DNA of 64,000 nucleotides, from positions 1 to 64,000 of the IMG/VR virus record IMGVR_UViG_3300028840_003749. One strand, 5' to 3'. How positions within the stretch are numbered: the first letter of the stretch is position 1; each line of letters begins with the position of its first letter. The notes below the pieces were generated by a model that worked only from the letters and a program-made list of their open reading frames with translations, did not search any database and was not told the origin of the DNA. The position numbers and the translations under genes are program-made. This stretch comes from a virus. Positions 33,812 through 43,738 of the stretch are shown here, in pieces.

Positions 33812-34327
33812 TTACCCCCTTACCAGTCTCGGAGTTCCCAACCATTCGCCGAGTAGCGTCACCGCTTCGTGGCACACACGACGGCCGCCAGAGTACGCAT
33901 ACGACTCGCTCAGCGGTCCGATACCTTCCGATTTGCTGACGACACCCTGCTGCCGCAGTTCCCAGTGCCTTTGCCGTCCTCCGATCCTAAGCAGGTACAA
34001 GGCCTGCTCACATGTTGCATCCTGGACGGCTTTCTCCATCCTCACGTATTCATAACCCGTCAGCGTGCTCACGAGCGATGCGACTGCCTGATCACCTTCG
34101 AGCTGGACCGGCAGCTTGAGTCGCTGAGCAGGATAATATCTTGTCCCTCTGAAGCGCAGTGTGTCGATATCACGAGTAGCTTGAAGAAGAGCACGCTCCT
34201 GCATGTCTACTGACGCCTCCGACCATGCTACCACATCCAGCACGGTCGTCATGTAGCTGTTGGCGCTGGACAGGGAGATGTAGCTGTTAGCCGTAGGACC
34301 GCCAAAACTGGAATCAATTGTCGGCAT
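33812..34327 (-). CDS. Head-tail connector protein (gp6 / SPP1 gp15-like)
   Basis: ANSYISLSSANSYM...WSEASVDMQERALLQATRDIDTLRFRG...QRLKLP fits the connector-family pattern (sY.s..ea..Y...W......AL..AT..id...f.G). Confidence 0.6.
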   Translation of the reverse strand: MPTIDSSFGGPTANSYISLSSANSYMTTVLDVVAWSEASVDMQERALLQATRDIDTLRFRGTRYYPAQRLKLPVQLEGDQAVASLVSTLTGYEYVRMEKAVQDATCEQALYLLRIGGRQRHWELRQQGVVSKSEGIGPLSESYAYSGGRRVCHEAVTLLGEWLGTPRLVRG

Positions 34328-34336
34328 ACTGCCTCC

Positions 34337-34702
34337 TTACGAGAACGCTCTCGTTATCCTGTCCCTCACCTCAATCGTACCGGCAGGTGTCGGTACGATG
34401 TAAATCTTGGTGTTACTTAGCTGGACACGAAAGTCGAACGAATAAATCCCTGCGTCCATGCTCTCCGTGTCCGACGGCACAAGGTACGCCTCCACCAAAC
34501 CTCCGAGAGGACTGGTGATAACACACTGAACAGCGACGGAGGAGATTTTGGTAATGAGGGCATCATCATCAGAATCGTGGACCGACTTCTTCACCATGAA
34601 CCTAACCAGAGCCTCAGTAAGGTTGATGGCAACACTGCTCGTGTCCGTCACCAATGCCCTGATGGTCTTGTCCGTACCTTTGACAACCAGAACGTCAGTC
34701 AC
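34337..34702 (-). CDS. Hypothetical beta-rich virion protein
   Basis: 121 aa. VVKGTDKTIRALVTD...INLTEALVRFMVKK resembles Ig-like/BppU-type N-terminal folds (weak). Confidence 0.5.
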   Translation of the reverse strand: MTDVLVVKGTDKTIRALVTDTSSVAINLTEALVRFMVKKSVHDSDDDALITKISSVAVQCVITSPLGGLVEAYLVPSDTESMDAGIYSFDFRVQLSNTKIYIVPTPAGTIEVRDRITRAFS

Positions 34703-34703
34703 C

Positions 34704-37700
34704 TTAATCCACCTCGTCTATGTGCAGAATCAGGTCCACGTCCGCTGCCAGCGGCATTCCACTGACCCCGTCTCTCTCGTCCACGGTGAGTATCAGCGTA
34801 TCGACCATATCGACCTGTGGCCGATAACTTGTGTACGCCGCACTCACATACACCCCCACCTCCTCCACTCCGCTCTCAGCTACGAAGGAGGTATCAATCG
34901 CTACTGCAAGCACTCCAACCGCAACAACACGGTTCTCCAGGTACTCTGCCCCCATCCTGCTCCAGCTACGGACATCAATGCCGACTTCCTCAACAGCTCC
35001 GTCCGTACCATACTGGAGCGACCAGACAACGACCTGGACTCCGACCTCCTCTACGATGCTCCCCGCCATCGCCTGCTGGTCAGACGTGGCAACGTACGCT
35101 CCAGCCTCTTCTGTCGCACTGGAGGACATATACTGAGTGTCGGAGGTGAGTACCTGTACTCCGACTTCCTCGACGCGAGCTTCCAGCACACCGCTGAAGT
35201 CCCACGCCGCTACGTATACTCCGACTTCCTCGACACCAGCATCCGTCGTCGCGTAGCTGCTGGTCAGCGTTACCTCAACGCCCACCTCTTCCGTCGCGCT
35301 GTCGGTCGATGCCTGCGTGTCCGTCGTACTGACGGCAACGCCAACTTCCTCTGTCCGGTTCTCCACCGCGACTTCGGTGTACGCATCGGAGGCAGCAACG
35401 TAGACGCCAACTTCCTCTGTTCCTGCTGCTGTCCCGGCCTGCTGGTCGCTTGCTGCAACGTAGACTCCGACTTCCTCTGTGACCGCTTCGGACCGGTATG
35501 CCGTGTCCGCAACCAGTACAGCAACGCCGACCTCTTCAGTCCGGTCCTCCGTGAGAACGAAGCTCGCGGCCCCTACTACAGCAACACCGACCTCTTCCGC
35601 TACGTCCTGCGTCATCCATGCCGTGCTCGCTGCGATGACCTGGACGCCGACGTACTCGAAGAGGTCTTCCGAGTTAGTCCCTACCAGCGTGTCCACCGTG
35701 AATACGTAGACACCGACCTCTTCCGTCGCTGCTGCTGTTCCTGCCTGAACCGATGTCACGAGGACCGCGACACCGACCTCCTCTGTCGCCTCATCCACCC
35801 CTGCTACCGTGTCGCTCGTGAGGACCGCGACACCAACTTCCTCAGTCACGGCCTCCGGCGCCACAACAGTATCGGAGACTATGACCGCTACCCCCACCTC
35901 CTCGACCACATCCTCAGCGCCGGTCGCCACCAGAGAATCGGAGACGATGATATCGACACCGACTTCCTCGACTACATCCTCCTCAAATGCACCGGCTCCA
36001 GCAGTGAACTGGTCGGAGCACTCTACGTAGACCCCTACCTCCTCCACCACCTCATCGGCAGGAGTGTAGACGGTCGCTATGGCCTGGACGCCGACCTCTT
36101 CGGCAACCTCCTCGTGAATCCACTTGAACGACAGCGAGTAGTTGTCCAGGTGCAGCGAGCCTGCCCACCCATTGACGGTACCCTGAATACGGCTCTCACC
36201 TTCGGAGTAGGTCGCATCCTCCGTAGCCAGCACCAACTCGTCATCCCAGTACAGTTGCAGTCCGGAGCCTATCGTCTTGAACTCCGCATACTTGCTGTTA
36301 CTCCGGTCGGTGCCATCACTGGCGAGCGTGGTGCCACCCCTGTAGATTTTACACTCAGTCATGTATGCTGAACCGGACGTGCCCCGATACAGGTAGTAGT
36401 ATGCGTAATACCCACTCGCCGTCACCTGATGACGATTGTGAATGCGGACGTACTGGCGACGGATGCCTGTCGGGCCTTGGTGCGAAGCCCAGATTCTCTG
36501 CGAGTAATCCGTGTCCAGTCCGTGACCATCTACAACGTGCTCTCTTACCTTTATCACACCATTTTCGGTTGTAGACCCGGCAATGATTTTCAGGCGGTTG
36601 TCGTCAATCTCGAAGTCCGTGGCTCCGGTTCCGTCGGGGTCTTCTTCCCACGTGTGCAGGCCGTCGCTCATGCTTCCTACCGCACCGCTATCTCCACGGT
36701 CGAAGTCGTCCGTGCAGACGTTTGCATGAGGAGGCCAGCCGAACCCGTGCGTGTGAACTCCAACTTCCTCTGTGACATCCTCAGCGAGCGCTCTCCACGC
36801 CTCAGCAAGCTCCGCAACACCAACCTCTTCCGTGACCGCATCGGAAGCGTAGAGCGTTGAGGCCGCAAGTATCTCTACCCCCGCCTCCTCTACGACCGGC
36901 TCCAGCGCGAGGTCGAGGACGACATCATCAACGAATATCGTCTCGCTCTCCGTGACGTAAACCCCCACCTCCTCTACACGGTCCTCTTCCATCGCTCCAC
37001 CGGCTTCGGTGAAGCTATCGGAGCAGGCCGTGTAGACACCGACCTCTACGAGGAGCGTAGGTTCGGGGTCACTCGCGGCGACTTCGACTCCAACCTCTAC
37101 GGCTACGTTCTCGGAGTATGGTCCATGCTCTGCGACGGAGACCTCGACGCCGACTTCCATCTCTATCGGTTCGAGAAGCTCGTCCAGGTAGTAGTTGTCG
37201 GCCTTGCTACTACCGGAGAACGTCCCATTCTTACCTCCAATGCCGGTGCATCCCTCAGAGTAGGTGGCATCAGTGGTCTGCGTCATCAACTCACCGTCCC
37301 AGAATGCTTGGAGCTTAGTGCCCCACACCCGGAACTCACAGTTCTTATTGCAATCCCTATTAGAGCCGTCATTGGAGAGTGTGGTTCCACCCCGCTTTAT
37401 GGCGATGTCGGTGAGGTATGGATCGCCAGTACTGCGGTCCTGCCGAACCTCGACATGGTATCCTACCGGCGTGTCAGTATTTCCATCGCCCTGGTCACGA
37501 GCGATGATTCTGTTCCGATTGGTCTTGTAAGCAGTTCCGCTGTGGTAGCAGACACACCCCTGCCTGTAGCTTCTGTCCAGTCCGTGTCCATTTGCTACGT
37601 GTTCGTGAATGCGGACTGTGCCGTATACCGTAATGCTTGCAGAGTAGCCAAAGATAATCCGAGAGCCGTCAACAGACACATAGCTCCCGTGGTAGACCTC

Positions 37701-39443
37701 ATCCCACGAGTGGAGACCATCGCTCATCGTTCCCGGTTCTCCACTACGGTTGAAGTCGTCACTGGCCTGATTCCAGTGCGGAGGCCAGCCGTAGGCAGGA
37801 GTGTCAACCCCAACGGAGATGAGCGCTGTAGGCTCAGGGTCTGAAGCGAGAGCCTGGACACCAACTTCTACGTAGAGACGCTCCGGAGTCATCTGGTCAG
37901 TGCAGGAAACTTCGACACCGACCTCCGAGACTTGCGGCTCCAGCACCCCATCCAAGAAGTAGGAAGCAAGCGTCATTCGGCGCGTGTTCCAACCCTTGTC
38001 GAGAGCTACTCCTGTCTGGCCTTCCGTGTGTGTAGCATCCGTGGTGTCAAGGAGAACCTCTCCGTTGTAGAGCGCGGTGAGGCTTGTGCCTCTTACCCTG
38101 AACTCCAGCTTGTCGGAGCCAGTGGTGACTGTGACACCAGGAGATGAAACAGAATCCAACTCCGTAGTGCCACGGTAAATATACACATTGATTAGAGCGA
38201 ATCCGGCGCCCTTCTGATACGCAAAACGAGCAGTGTAGCCAACATCAGGAAGGCTGTTCTGTGTGCGATTTCCGTCCCACCTGGACATGAAGTCGAAGCG
38301 GCTCGTATCGGAGGGGTCGTAGGCAGGAGTGCCGAGAATGCCTCCGTGCCGGTAGTCTACATCAAGCCCGTGTCCTGCCGACTGGTGCTCGTGAATCCTA
38401 ACCGTACCTGTTGCCCAGTAGCTTGCTGTCTGCACGGCTTCCAAAGTGTTGCTGTAAATGTTTATCCTATTGGCGTCACACACCTCGTCCCAGGTGTGCA
38501 ATCCATCACTGGCCGTTCCTACAGTACTGCTGTCCTCGCGGTCAAAGGAGTCGATGACTTCGTTCCAGTGCTTCGGCCAGCCGAATCCCGGCTCCTCGAC
38601 ACCGACTTCCACTACAACATCGTCTGAGAAAGCCTTCCACGCTGCTGCCACAGCCTGGACACCGACCTCTACTACAACGTCATCCTCGTATGTCTCACCG
38701 GCACCCGTATCATCGGTCTCTCCGATGTAGACGCCGACCTCTTCCGTGACATCCTCACTCCACACAGAAGTCAGCGAATCGGAGACGATGATAGCAGCGC
38801 CAACCTCCTCCGTGACGCTGTTCGACATGAACTGCGTGTCGGACGTAGCCTCGTAAGACCCTACCTCTTCGGTCCTGTTCTCGAACGATGCCTGCGTATC
38901 GGAGACGACCTCTTCCGAGCCGACCTCCTCAACGACATCATCCTCATACGTCTGCGCCCCTGCCTCATAGTACACGGTGATGGTCGCATGGTCCACAAAG
39001 CGCGTGTAGCTCGCGCCGCTCTGTGTTCCAGGCCGCAGACGGCAACCGAAGCTGCTATTGCCCTTGATGTCACTGAGGTTCCAGGTGGTGTTCCAGAGGG
39101 AGTCGGCAGCGCCGAAGTCAATGAGAGGAGTGTCAGAAGTGTCAAGGTCGGCTGTAGCGGACTCGTCACCCGCCTGAGTGGAACCGTCCTTGGTAAGTCC
39201 TACGGCAAGGTCACGGCGAGCAGCATTGTTTCCTTCGCCGTATCCTTCGATGCTAACCACGATGCCAGTGATGACGGAGCCGTCCGGGATGCCGGAGAAG
39301 TCATAGCCTGTGGCAGCCATGATGTCCGTATTGTTGTCCGCTTCGGCGTAGTTATCACCGGAGGAGTAGACATACGACGGATTCGTCCACGTCCCCGCGA
39401 TTACCGCTGAAGCGGTCGGACTTTGTGGTCCTTCGCTCGCCAT
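34704..39443 (-). CDS. Giant repeat protein: ~37 EEVGV modules interleaved with 3 paralogous ~200-250-aa beta-sandwich (lectin-like) domains
   Basis: 1579-aa uninterrupted ORF. Recurring x[TV]EEVGV[YAQ]V modules. Repeated domain motifs GFGWP.H.N..DDFDR...SDGLHTW.E, VRIHEH..GHGLD..Y and DATYSEG. Confidence 0.8.
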   Translation of the reverse strand: MASEGPQSPTASAVIAGTWTNPSYVYSSGDNYAEADNNTDIMAATGYDFSGIPDGSVITGIVVSIEGYGEGNNAARRDLAVGLTKDGSTQAGDESATADLDTSDTPLIDFGAADSLWNTTWNLSDIKGNSSFGCRLRPGTQSGASYTRFVDHATITVYYEAGAQTYEDDVVEEVGSEEVVSDTQASFENRTEEVGSYEATSDTQFMSNSVTEEVGAAIIVSDSLTSVWSEDVTEEVGVYIGETDDTGAGETYEDDVVVEVGVQAVAAAWKAFSDDVVVEVGVEEPGFGWPKHWNEVIDSFDREDSSTVGTASDGLHTWDEVCDANRINIYSNTLEAVQTASYWATGTVRIHEHQSAGHGLDVDYRHGGILGTPAYDPSDTSRFDFMSRWDGNRTQNSLPDVGYTARFAYQKGAGFALINVYIYRGTTELDSVSSPGVTVTTGSDKLEFRVRGTSLTALYNGEVLLDTTDATHTEGQTGVALDKGWNTRRMTLASYFLDGVLEPQVSEVGVEVSCTDQMTPERLYVEVGVQALASDPEPTALISVGVDTPAYGWPPHWNQASDDFNRSGEPGTMSDGLHSWDEVYHGSYVSVDGSRIIFGYSASITVYGTVRIHEHVANGHGLDRSYRQGCVCYHSGTAYKTNRNRIIARDQGDGNTDTPVGYHVEVRQDRSTGDPYLTDIAIKRGGTTLSNDGSNRDCNKNCEFRVWGTKLQAFWDGELMTQTTDATYSEGCTGIGGKNGTFSGSSKADNYYLDELLEPIEMEVGVEVSVAEHGPYSENVAVEVGVEVAASDPEPTLLVEVGVYTACSDSFTEAGGAMEEDRVEEVGVYVTESETIFVDDVVLDLALEPVVEEAGVEILAASTLYASDAVTEEVGVAELAEAWRALAEDVTEEVGVHTHGFGWPPHANVCTDDFDRGDSGAVGSMSDGLHTWEEDPDGTGATDFEIDDNRLKIIAGSTTENGVIKVREHVVDGHGLDTDYSQRIWASHQGPTGIRRQYVRIHNRHQVTASGYYAYYYLYRGTSGSAYMTECKIYRGGTTLASDGTDRSNSKYAEFKTIGSGLQLYWDDELVLATEDATYSEGESRIQGTVNGWAGSLHLDNYSLSFKWIHEEVAEEVGVQAIATVYTPADEVVEEVGVYVECSDQFTAGAGAFEEDVVEEVGVDIIVSDSLVATGAEDVVEEVGVAVIVSDTVVAPEAVTEEVGVAVLTSDTVAGVDEATEEVGVAVLVTSVQAGTAAATEEVGVYVFTVDTLVGTNSEDLFEYVGVQVIAASTAWMTQDVAEEVGVAVVGAASFVLTEDRTEEVGVAVLVADTAYRSEAVTEEVGVYVAASDQQAGTAAGTEEVGVYVAASDAYTEVAVENRTEEVGVAVSTTDTQASTDSATEEVGVEVTLTSSYATTDAGVEEVGVYVAAWDFSGVLEARVEEVGVQVLTSDTQYMSSSATEEAGAYVATSDQQAMAGSIVEEVGVQVVVWSLQYGTDGAVEEVGIDVRSWSRMGAEYLENRVVAVGVLAVAIDTSFVAESGVEEVGVYVSAAYTSYRPQVDMVDTLILTVDERDGVSGMPLAADVDLILHIDEVD

Positions 39444-40822
39444 TAGAAGGCTACCTTCACCTGAGCGTATCCGTCACATGAGAACGTGCCGCTGAAAGCA
39501 TCCCACATCGTCACGTTATGCCACGTGTCCGCTTCGCAGTTTGCTTCCGTGGTTCCTGTCTTGTACTGCACACTGCTCGGAGCAATGCCGTGTCCGTACT
39601 TGTTGAGCCTCACTCGCGCCGTTCCTGCCCCGAGGTCCACCACAGGAGACGTTGCATATTCTCCGCTGCTCAGAGCGATTGACTCTCCATCTCCAGAGCC
39701 GACGATGGAAGCCGTTCCACTCCAAGTCGAAAGGTCGGCAGTATTCTCCTCCAGCACGCTCGTATCGTGACCCCAAGCCACGGAGCCTGCCAATGAGTCG
39801 TGCAGGTCGTGGTACTTGGTGACGCCAGAGATTGAGCGCCCCGATGTGCCCGAGTTGTAGCTAATCGGGGCGAGATGGTATCTATAGCTGCGGTCGGTGC
39901 CCAACGTAATGCTGGCAGTATTCAGTAGATTCGTGAAGCGCGGGTCTGTCTCGCTATAGAGTTTCCATGTAATAGTCGTGCCGTTCTTGTCGATTTTGTG
40001 GTCATAGGTTGTGCCGAAACCACCCGCGCCAACAGTATACGAATCGCTGTCGGCTCCCTCTTCTTCTCGGATACGCATGTACGCATTGCTCTCTGCCGCA
40101 GACTGCCAGTTGAGATGGATACACTGGCTGTTGTTCGTGTCCCAATAATAAACGTCCTCGACAACATTGGACACAGCGTACAGCGAACCAGAACTGAGGT
40201 AATCGTAGTTGTCTATCTGGGTGCGGAGGTCATGTGCAGCCGCCCCCGTAAAGTCGGTGAAGTGCCCGACGCCGAAGTCTCGGTGGAAGTAGTCATCAAC
40301 GGTTTGCCCCATGCTTGTGATGGTAATCGTGTCGGTAGAGGCGGAGAGGTCGTCTCCCCCGTCCACCTTGGTGTAGTCGTTCTCGAAATCTTGATAGGGG
40401 TCAGGAGCGCTCGTCAGGTCGGAAGTACCCGCGATGACATCGTTACTGTCGAGCGCTGATAGCGCCTGCGCATCCAGAGACGCCAAGACCTCGGGCTTGT
40501 GAATCCGATACCATGTTTCTTCAATCTCGGCATCGGGCTTTATTATCGGGAGTCTCCTCCGCACGGCGGCAAGCATCTGCCCGACAACCTCAAGCTGCGG
40601 ATTCCAGCGGGTCAGTTGCTCCGCGCGAAACTCGGCCAGCAAGAGCTTCTTGTCGATGACCATCTGGCCCCGGACGTTGTGTTCAAGCCGTAGCTTCTCC
40701 AGCAGGCCGACTAAGGCCCGCGCCTTGTCCATGTCGGAGAGAGAGTCATAGCTGGTGCCGAGGCCGAGGGCCACAGTCAGCGCGTCGGTGTCAACGGTGA
40801 TGTTGGACCTATCAACCGCCAT
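39443..40822 (-). CDS. Hypothetical structural protein (coiled-coil N-terminus + beta-rich domains)
   Basis: 459-aa ORF whose stop is coupled to the start of the giant gene. Confidence 0.6.
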   Translation of the reverse strand: MAVDRSNITVDTDALTVALGLGTSYDSLSDMDKARALVGLLEKLRLEHNVRGQMVIDKKLLLAEFRAEQLTRWNPQLEVVGQMLAAVRRRLPIIKPDAEIEETWYRIHKPEVLASLDAQALSALDSNDVIAGTSDLTSAPDPYQDFENDYTKVDGGDDLSASTDTITITSMGQTVDDYFHRDFGVGHFTDFTGAAAHDLRTQIDNYDYLSSGSLYAVSNVVEDVYYWDTNNSQCIHLNWQSAAESNAYMRIREEEGADSDSYTVGAGGFGTTYDHKIDKNGTTITWKLYSETDPRFTNLLNTASITLGTDRSYRYHLAPISYNSGTSGRSISGVTKYHDLHDSLAGSVAWGHDTSVLEENTADLSTWSGTASIVGSGDGESIALSSGEYATSPVVDLGAGTARVRLNKYGHGIAPSSVQYKTGTTEANCEADTWHNVTMWDAFSGTFSCDGYAQVKVAF

Positions 40823-40842
40823 CGCTCAACCCTATCCGGCTC

Positions 40843-41148
40843 TTACGGACCTAACTCCGCTTCCTTCGCTGCCAACTGCTCTGCCTTCACCCTGTCAACG
40901 TCATGCTTGACCTGGAGTCGCACAAACTGGTCCAAGCTCGCGGTCTTATCCAGGTCTGCGTCCAAGCGCAGACCAAGCGTGGAGACCTTGGTGAGGGTGG
41001 CAGTGATGGAGGACGAGTTGGTCTTCTGCATCTCAAAGGTAAAGTTGGCGATGGACTGCTTGATGGAAAGAGCAGTCTGGGCGGCTTTCTCCTCAGAGTA
41101 CGCAGATGATATCCTTGTCCGACATAATGTCCGTGTGTACGTTACCAT
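40843..41148 (-). CDS. Hypothetical helical protein
   Basis: 101-aa ORF. The first 56 nt overlap the upstream ORF, so the start is uncertain. Confidence 0.45.
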   Translation of the reverse strand: MVTYTRTLCRTRISSAYSEEKAAQTALSIKQSIANFTFEMQKTNSSSITATLTKVSTLGLRLDADLDKTASLDQFVRLQVKHDVDRVKAEQLAAKEAELGP

Positions 41149-41395
41149 CGCACGTCAACCTTACAAAGCGCCACGATGCTCCAACCCTCGCGTCGTCGTC
41201 GGCAGGCCAGGAGGTCCAGGTCCAGGCACCTTCTGGCCCGCCGTCGAACTGTCCATCTGGTTCGTAGAGCAGATGTTTGTACTGGTCACTCTGCTCCACC
41301 TCGTCAGGCTCAGGTTCGGGGTCATCTACGTGCGCGTAGTACCTTGTCTCCATCTCAACGAGAGGCACAAGATACAGATGCGTTTCCACGGCCAT
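41093..41395 (-). CDS. Hypothetical acidic protein
   Basis: 100-aa ORF, Asp/Glu/Pro-rich centre. Confidence 0.5.
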   Translation of the reverse strand: MAVETHLYLVPLVEMETRYYAHVDDPEPEPDEVEQSDQYKHLLYEPDGQFDGGPEGAWTWTSWPADDDARVGASWRFVRLTCDGNVHTDIMSDKDIICVL

Positions 41396-41410
41396 GACTC
41401 ACCTCCGCTA

Positions 41411-41950
41411 TTATGCGGATTCCCTCAACCTGATGGTCATGGTGACGTTCAGGTAGTCACCGTCCGTCACCGTCCTGGTCGTACTCAGAGCAGCCGAGGC
41501 AATCAACCATCCTGTCCCGTCATCCGACTGCACGGTCGTCAGGAACAGGTTGTCAACTCCAGGCCAGTCACCACCGGAGGCATTGAACGTGCACACCTTG
41601 GTGACCATTTCGTAATCGGAGGTGCCGCCGTCCTGCTGCACGGTCCAATCATCTGCCGCCTTGACATGGAGCCGCAGATAGTTGTTCCCTGTCGGCTCCG
41701 TCGTAACGCTGGTGATAGTGTCGGCCTCAGTCAATGAGGCTCTGTCATCCAGCCCCAGATACAATGTACTCGGCAAGGTCGTATTGCCAGAGAGAATCTG
41801 GCAGAACAACGCCTCACCTTCATCATGCAAGATGTTGTGAACATCTTCCTGATGCAGCAGCTCTCCCGCTCTTGACCAGTGCTCGACATGCCACCGAGTG
41901 TGCAGACCGAGCTGCGTGTGAGCCGGACGAACCACCTTGTCGCCACTCAT
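41411..41950 (-). CDS. Hypothetical beta-rich protein
   Basis: 179-aa ORF with protein-like composition. Confidence 0.55.
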   Translation of the reverse strand: MSGDKVVRPAHTQLGLHTRWHVEHWSRAGELLHQEDVHNILHDEGEALFCQILSGNTTLPSTLYLGLDDRASLTEADTITSVTTEPTGNNYLRLHVKAADDWTVQQDGGTSDYEMVTKVCTFNASGGDWPGVDNLFLTTVQSDDGTGWLIASAALSTTRTVTDGDYLNVTMTIRLRESA

Positions 41951-42035
41951 GCTCTACTTCCTCCTTCTTCCTCGTCCCGTCTTCCTGGTCTTGGAGCAGC
42001 CTCCACGTCCTCTGTTGGCTCTCACTCCTCGACCA

Positions 42036-42461
42036 CTACCGTCTCGCTTCGGAACGCCTTTTTTCGCCACTTCCAATTCCCCTTATCACCAGTATGCAAT
42101 CATCATCTCTCCTGTACCGGACGCCGCGAGCCACAATGGTCGCGTCCAACAATCGCTCATACAGGAGAGCGTGGCTCAGCTTCGCACAGCACGCTACCGG
42201 CGTCCCCTCCGTCACCTCAAGAGCCTTGCGGACCACCTCGACAATCAACGAAACAACCTGCTCCTTGGTGACCGTCTGGTTCGGACCGAGTATGAATGCT
42301 GGTTCTCCTTCGTTCTCCAACCCTCCTATCACGTGGAATGCTCCGTGCTTCCTGGAGCACTCGTGCTGCCAACACAACGGTAGCAAGCTCCTATCAATGG
42401 CCCTCACTTCAGCCACGGCCTTCACGCCGTTGATTTCTGCTGTCACGCGAATAGGAGTCAC
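42036..42461 (-). CDS. Hypothetical protein
   Basis: 141-aa ORF. Confidence 0.5.
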   Translation of the reverse strand: MTPIRVTAEINGVKAVAEVRAIDRSLLPLCWQHECSRKHGAFHVIGGLENEGEPAFILGPNQTVTKEQVVSLIVEVVRKALEVTEGTPVACCAKLSHALLYERLLDATIVARGVRYRRDDDCILVIRGIGSGEKRRSEARR

Positions 42462-42477
42462 AACGCTTCCCGTCTCC

Positions 42478-42822
42478 TTACAGCACGTAGCCGCTCATGT
42501 TGGCGATGGCGGCTCCGCTGCTTGTCACGGTCAGCGATGGCGTTGTGTTCTGCGTCATGGCCATCGGAGGACTGAAAACGACGTCGAAGATCCCTACCGG
42601 CAGGATCATCTGCCACTTCAACGTCGCTCCGTCCTTCAGCAGAGCCACCTTACCGGCTACGCTCGTGTAGCCTGAAATCTGCGTGATGTGGTGCTCCCTC
42701 GTAGCAACCGCTGCTTGGCTGATGGCAATGGTAGACGTGGCCGAGCCGGTCACGGTCCAGTTATCTTCCATCAGCCCGTTAGCGAGCGCTACACCGTTTT
42801 CGTCTCGGACAGAAACTCCCAT
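42478..42822 (-). CDS. Hypothetical beta-rich protein
   Basis: 114-aa ORF, Thr/Ser/Val/Ala-rich. Confidence 0.5.
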   Translation of the reverse strand: MGVSVRDENGVALANGLMEDNWTVTGSATSTIAISQAAVATREHHITQISGYTSVAGKVALLKDGATLKWQMILPVGIFDVVFSPPMAMTQNTTPSLTVTSSGAAIANMSGYVL

Positions 42823-42838
42823 TCCATCAACCTCCTCT

Positions 42839-43735
42839 TCAACGACCTTTCTTTCTCCTGGTCGACTTCCATTCGGTCAACCTGCGCTGGAGCAGCTCTA
42901 ATCGGTCCGAAATGGTGTATCCAAACTCTCGAGCCTCTTCCTCTCCCATCTTCTTGTCGGCGGCCAAAGCACAGGATACGTAAGACTCAACAACCTCCGA
43001 AGGAACCAACCCGGCAAGCTTGCGTCGAAACGCAGGACTCATCTGCTCAGGCCTCGTATAGCTGGATATGCTATCGGAGCCTGCTCCGTTGTGGTCGATT
43101 GGAATCCCGACCATCTTACTCTCATCAATAAGGATGTTGAAGCCGTGTCGGTCCGAGTTGCCAATGATGAAGTCGAAGGCCTGGATGTCATTCCAATTCT
43201 TCAACTCCCTCTTGTCTCTGTTAGGAACGGCTGCAATTGGCGGCTCGTCCACCCACTGCATCACGATGCCATCGTCGCCTTGGACGTTCATCGGCTCGAC
43301 CGTAGGCATCGGAAGGCCAAGCTCGGTCCCAAGCTCGTACGCGAACAACTCCATGTCCACGTTCTGACTTACGATGACCACCTCGCGTTGTATATGACCA
43401 CGAGCTTCTGCGGGCTTAAAGACAACCTTGTGGATTTTTTCTCCGTCCGAAAGGTCCACAGTAAATGTCCGAGACACGCCTGAGTTAAGTCGTTCGACCA
43501 AGAGCACATCCATCGAAGCGTAGTCTTTCGGACCGCCTACCTTCTTGTACCCTCTGACCGTGACTCGCGGAAGCTCCTTCGCTCCTTCCTGCTTCAACAG
43601 CGACTGGTGAAGCTCTTCCGCAGATTTCGGAGCTTCCGCTTTCGTTCCCCCAGATTTGCCTCCTCCTGCTCGCTTCTTGTCCTTGTAGACAGTCGCAAAC
43701 AGAAAGGCCAGCTGCTTTCTGGTGAGCTTACTCAC
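42839..43735 (-). CDS. Leader-tagged PI3/PI4-kinase-like (atypical kinase) protein
   Basis: Leader MSKLTRKQLAFLFATVYKDKKRAGGG. Kinase motifs HKVVFKP, IVMQWVD, catalytic loop FDFIIGNSDRHGFNILID and IPIDHNG. Confidence 0.65.
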   Translation of the reverse strand: MSKLTRKQLAFLFATVYKDKKRAGGGKSGGTKAEAPKSAEELHQSLLKQEGAKELPRVTVRGYKKVGGPKDYASMDVLLVERLNSGVSRTFTVDLSDGEKIHKVVFKPAEARGHIQREVVIVSQNVDMELFAYELGTELGLPMPTVEPMNVQGDDGIVMQWVDEPPIAAVPNRDKRELKNWNDIQAFDFIIGNSDRHGFNILIDESKMVGIPIDHNGAGSDSISSYTRPEQMSPAFRRKLAGLVPSEVVESYVSCALAADKKMGEEEAREFGYTISDRLELLQRRLTEWKSTRRKKGR

Positions 43736-43738
43736 ACC

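Noticed and set aside
34760-36125. Regular ~54-nt DNA periodicity (recurring ccgac[ct]tc[ct]tc) that could be mistaken for a CRISPR-like or satellite array.
   Set aside because: The periodicity is the coding repeat EEVGV of the giant minus-strand ORF. The frame is open throughout, and the units are not separated by unique spacers of constant length.
34548-36371. 607-aa plus-strand ORF. Other long plus-strand ORFs such as 20857-22023, 13257-14222, 15527-16369 and 58000-58725 fall in the same category.
   Set aside because: They lie antisense to strongly supported minus-strand genes. They have Arg/Ser/Pro/Leu/His-rich low-complexity composition, no recognisable motifs and no operon logic. I treat them as shadow ORFs typical of GC-rich DNA.
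42036-42461. A prohead protease among the unassigned head-module ORFs.
   Set aside because: I found no Ser/His (HK97/U9/S78) or ClpP-like motif in any ORF between portal and connector genes. Absence cannot be proven without profile searches.
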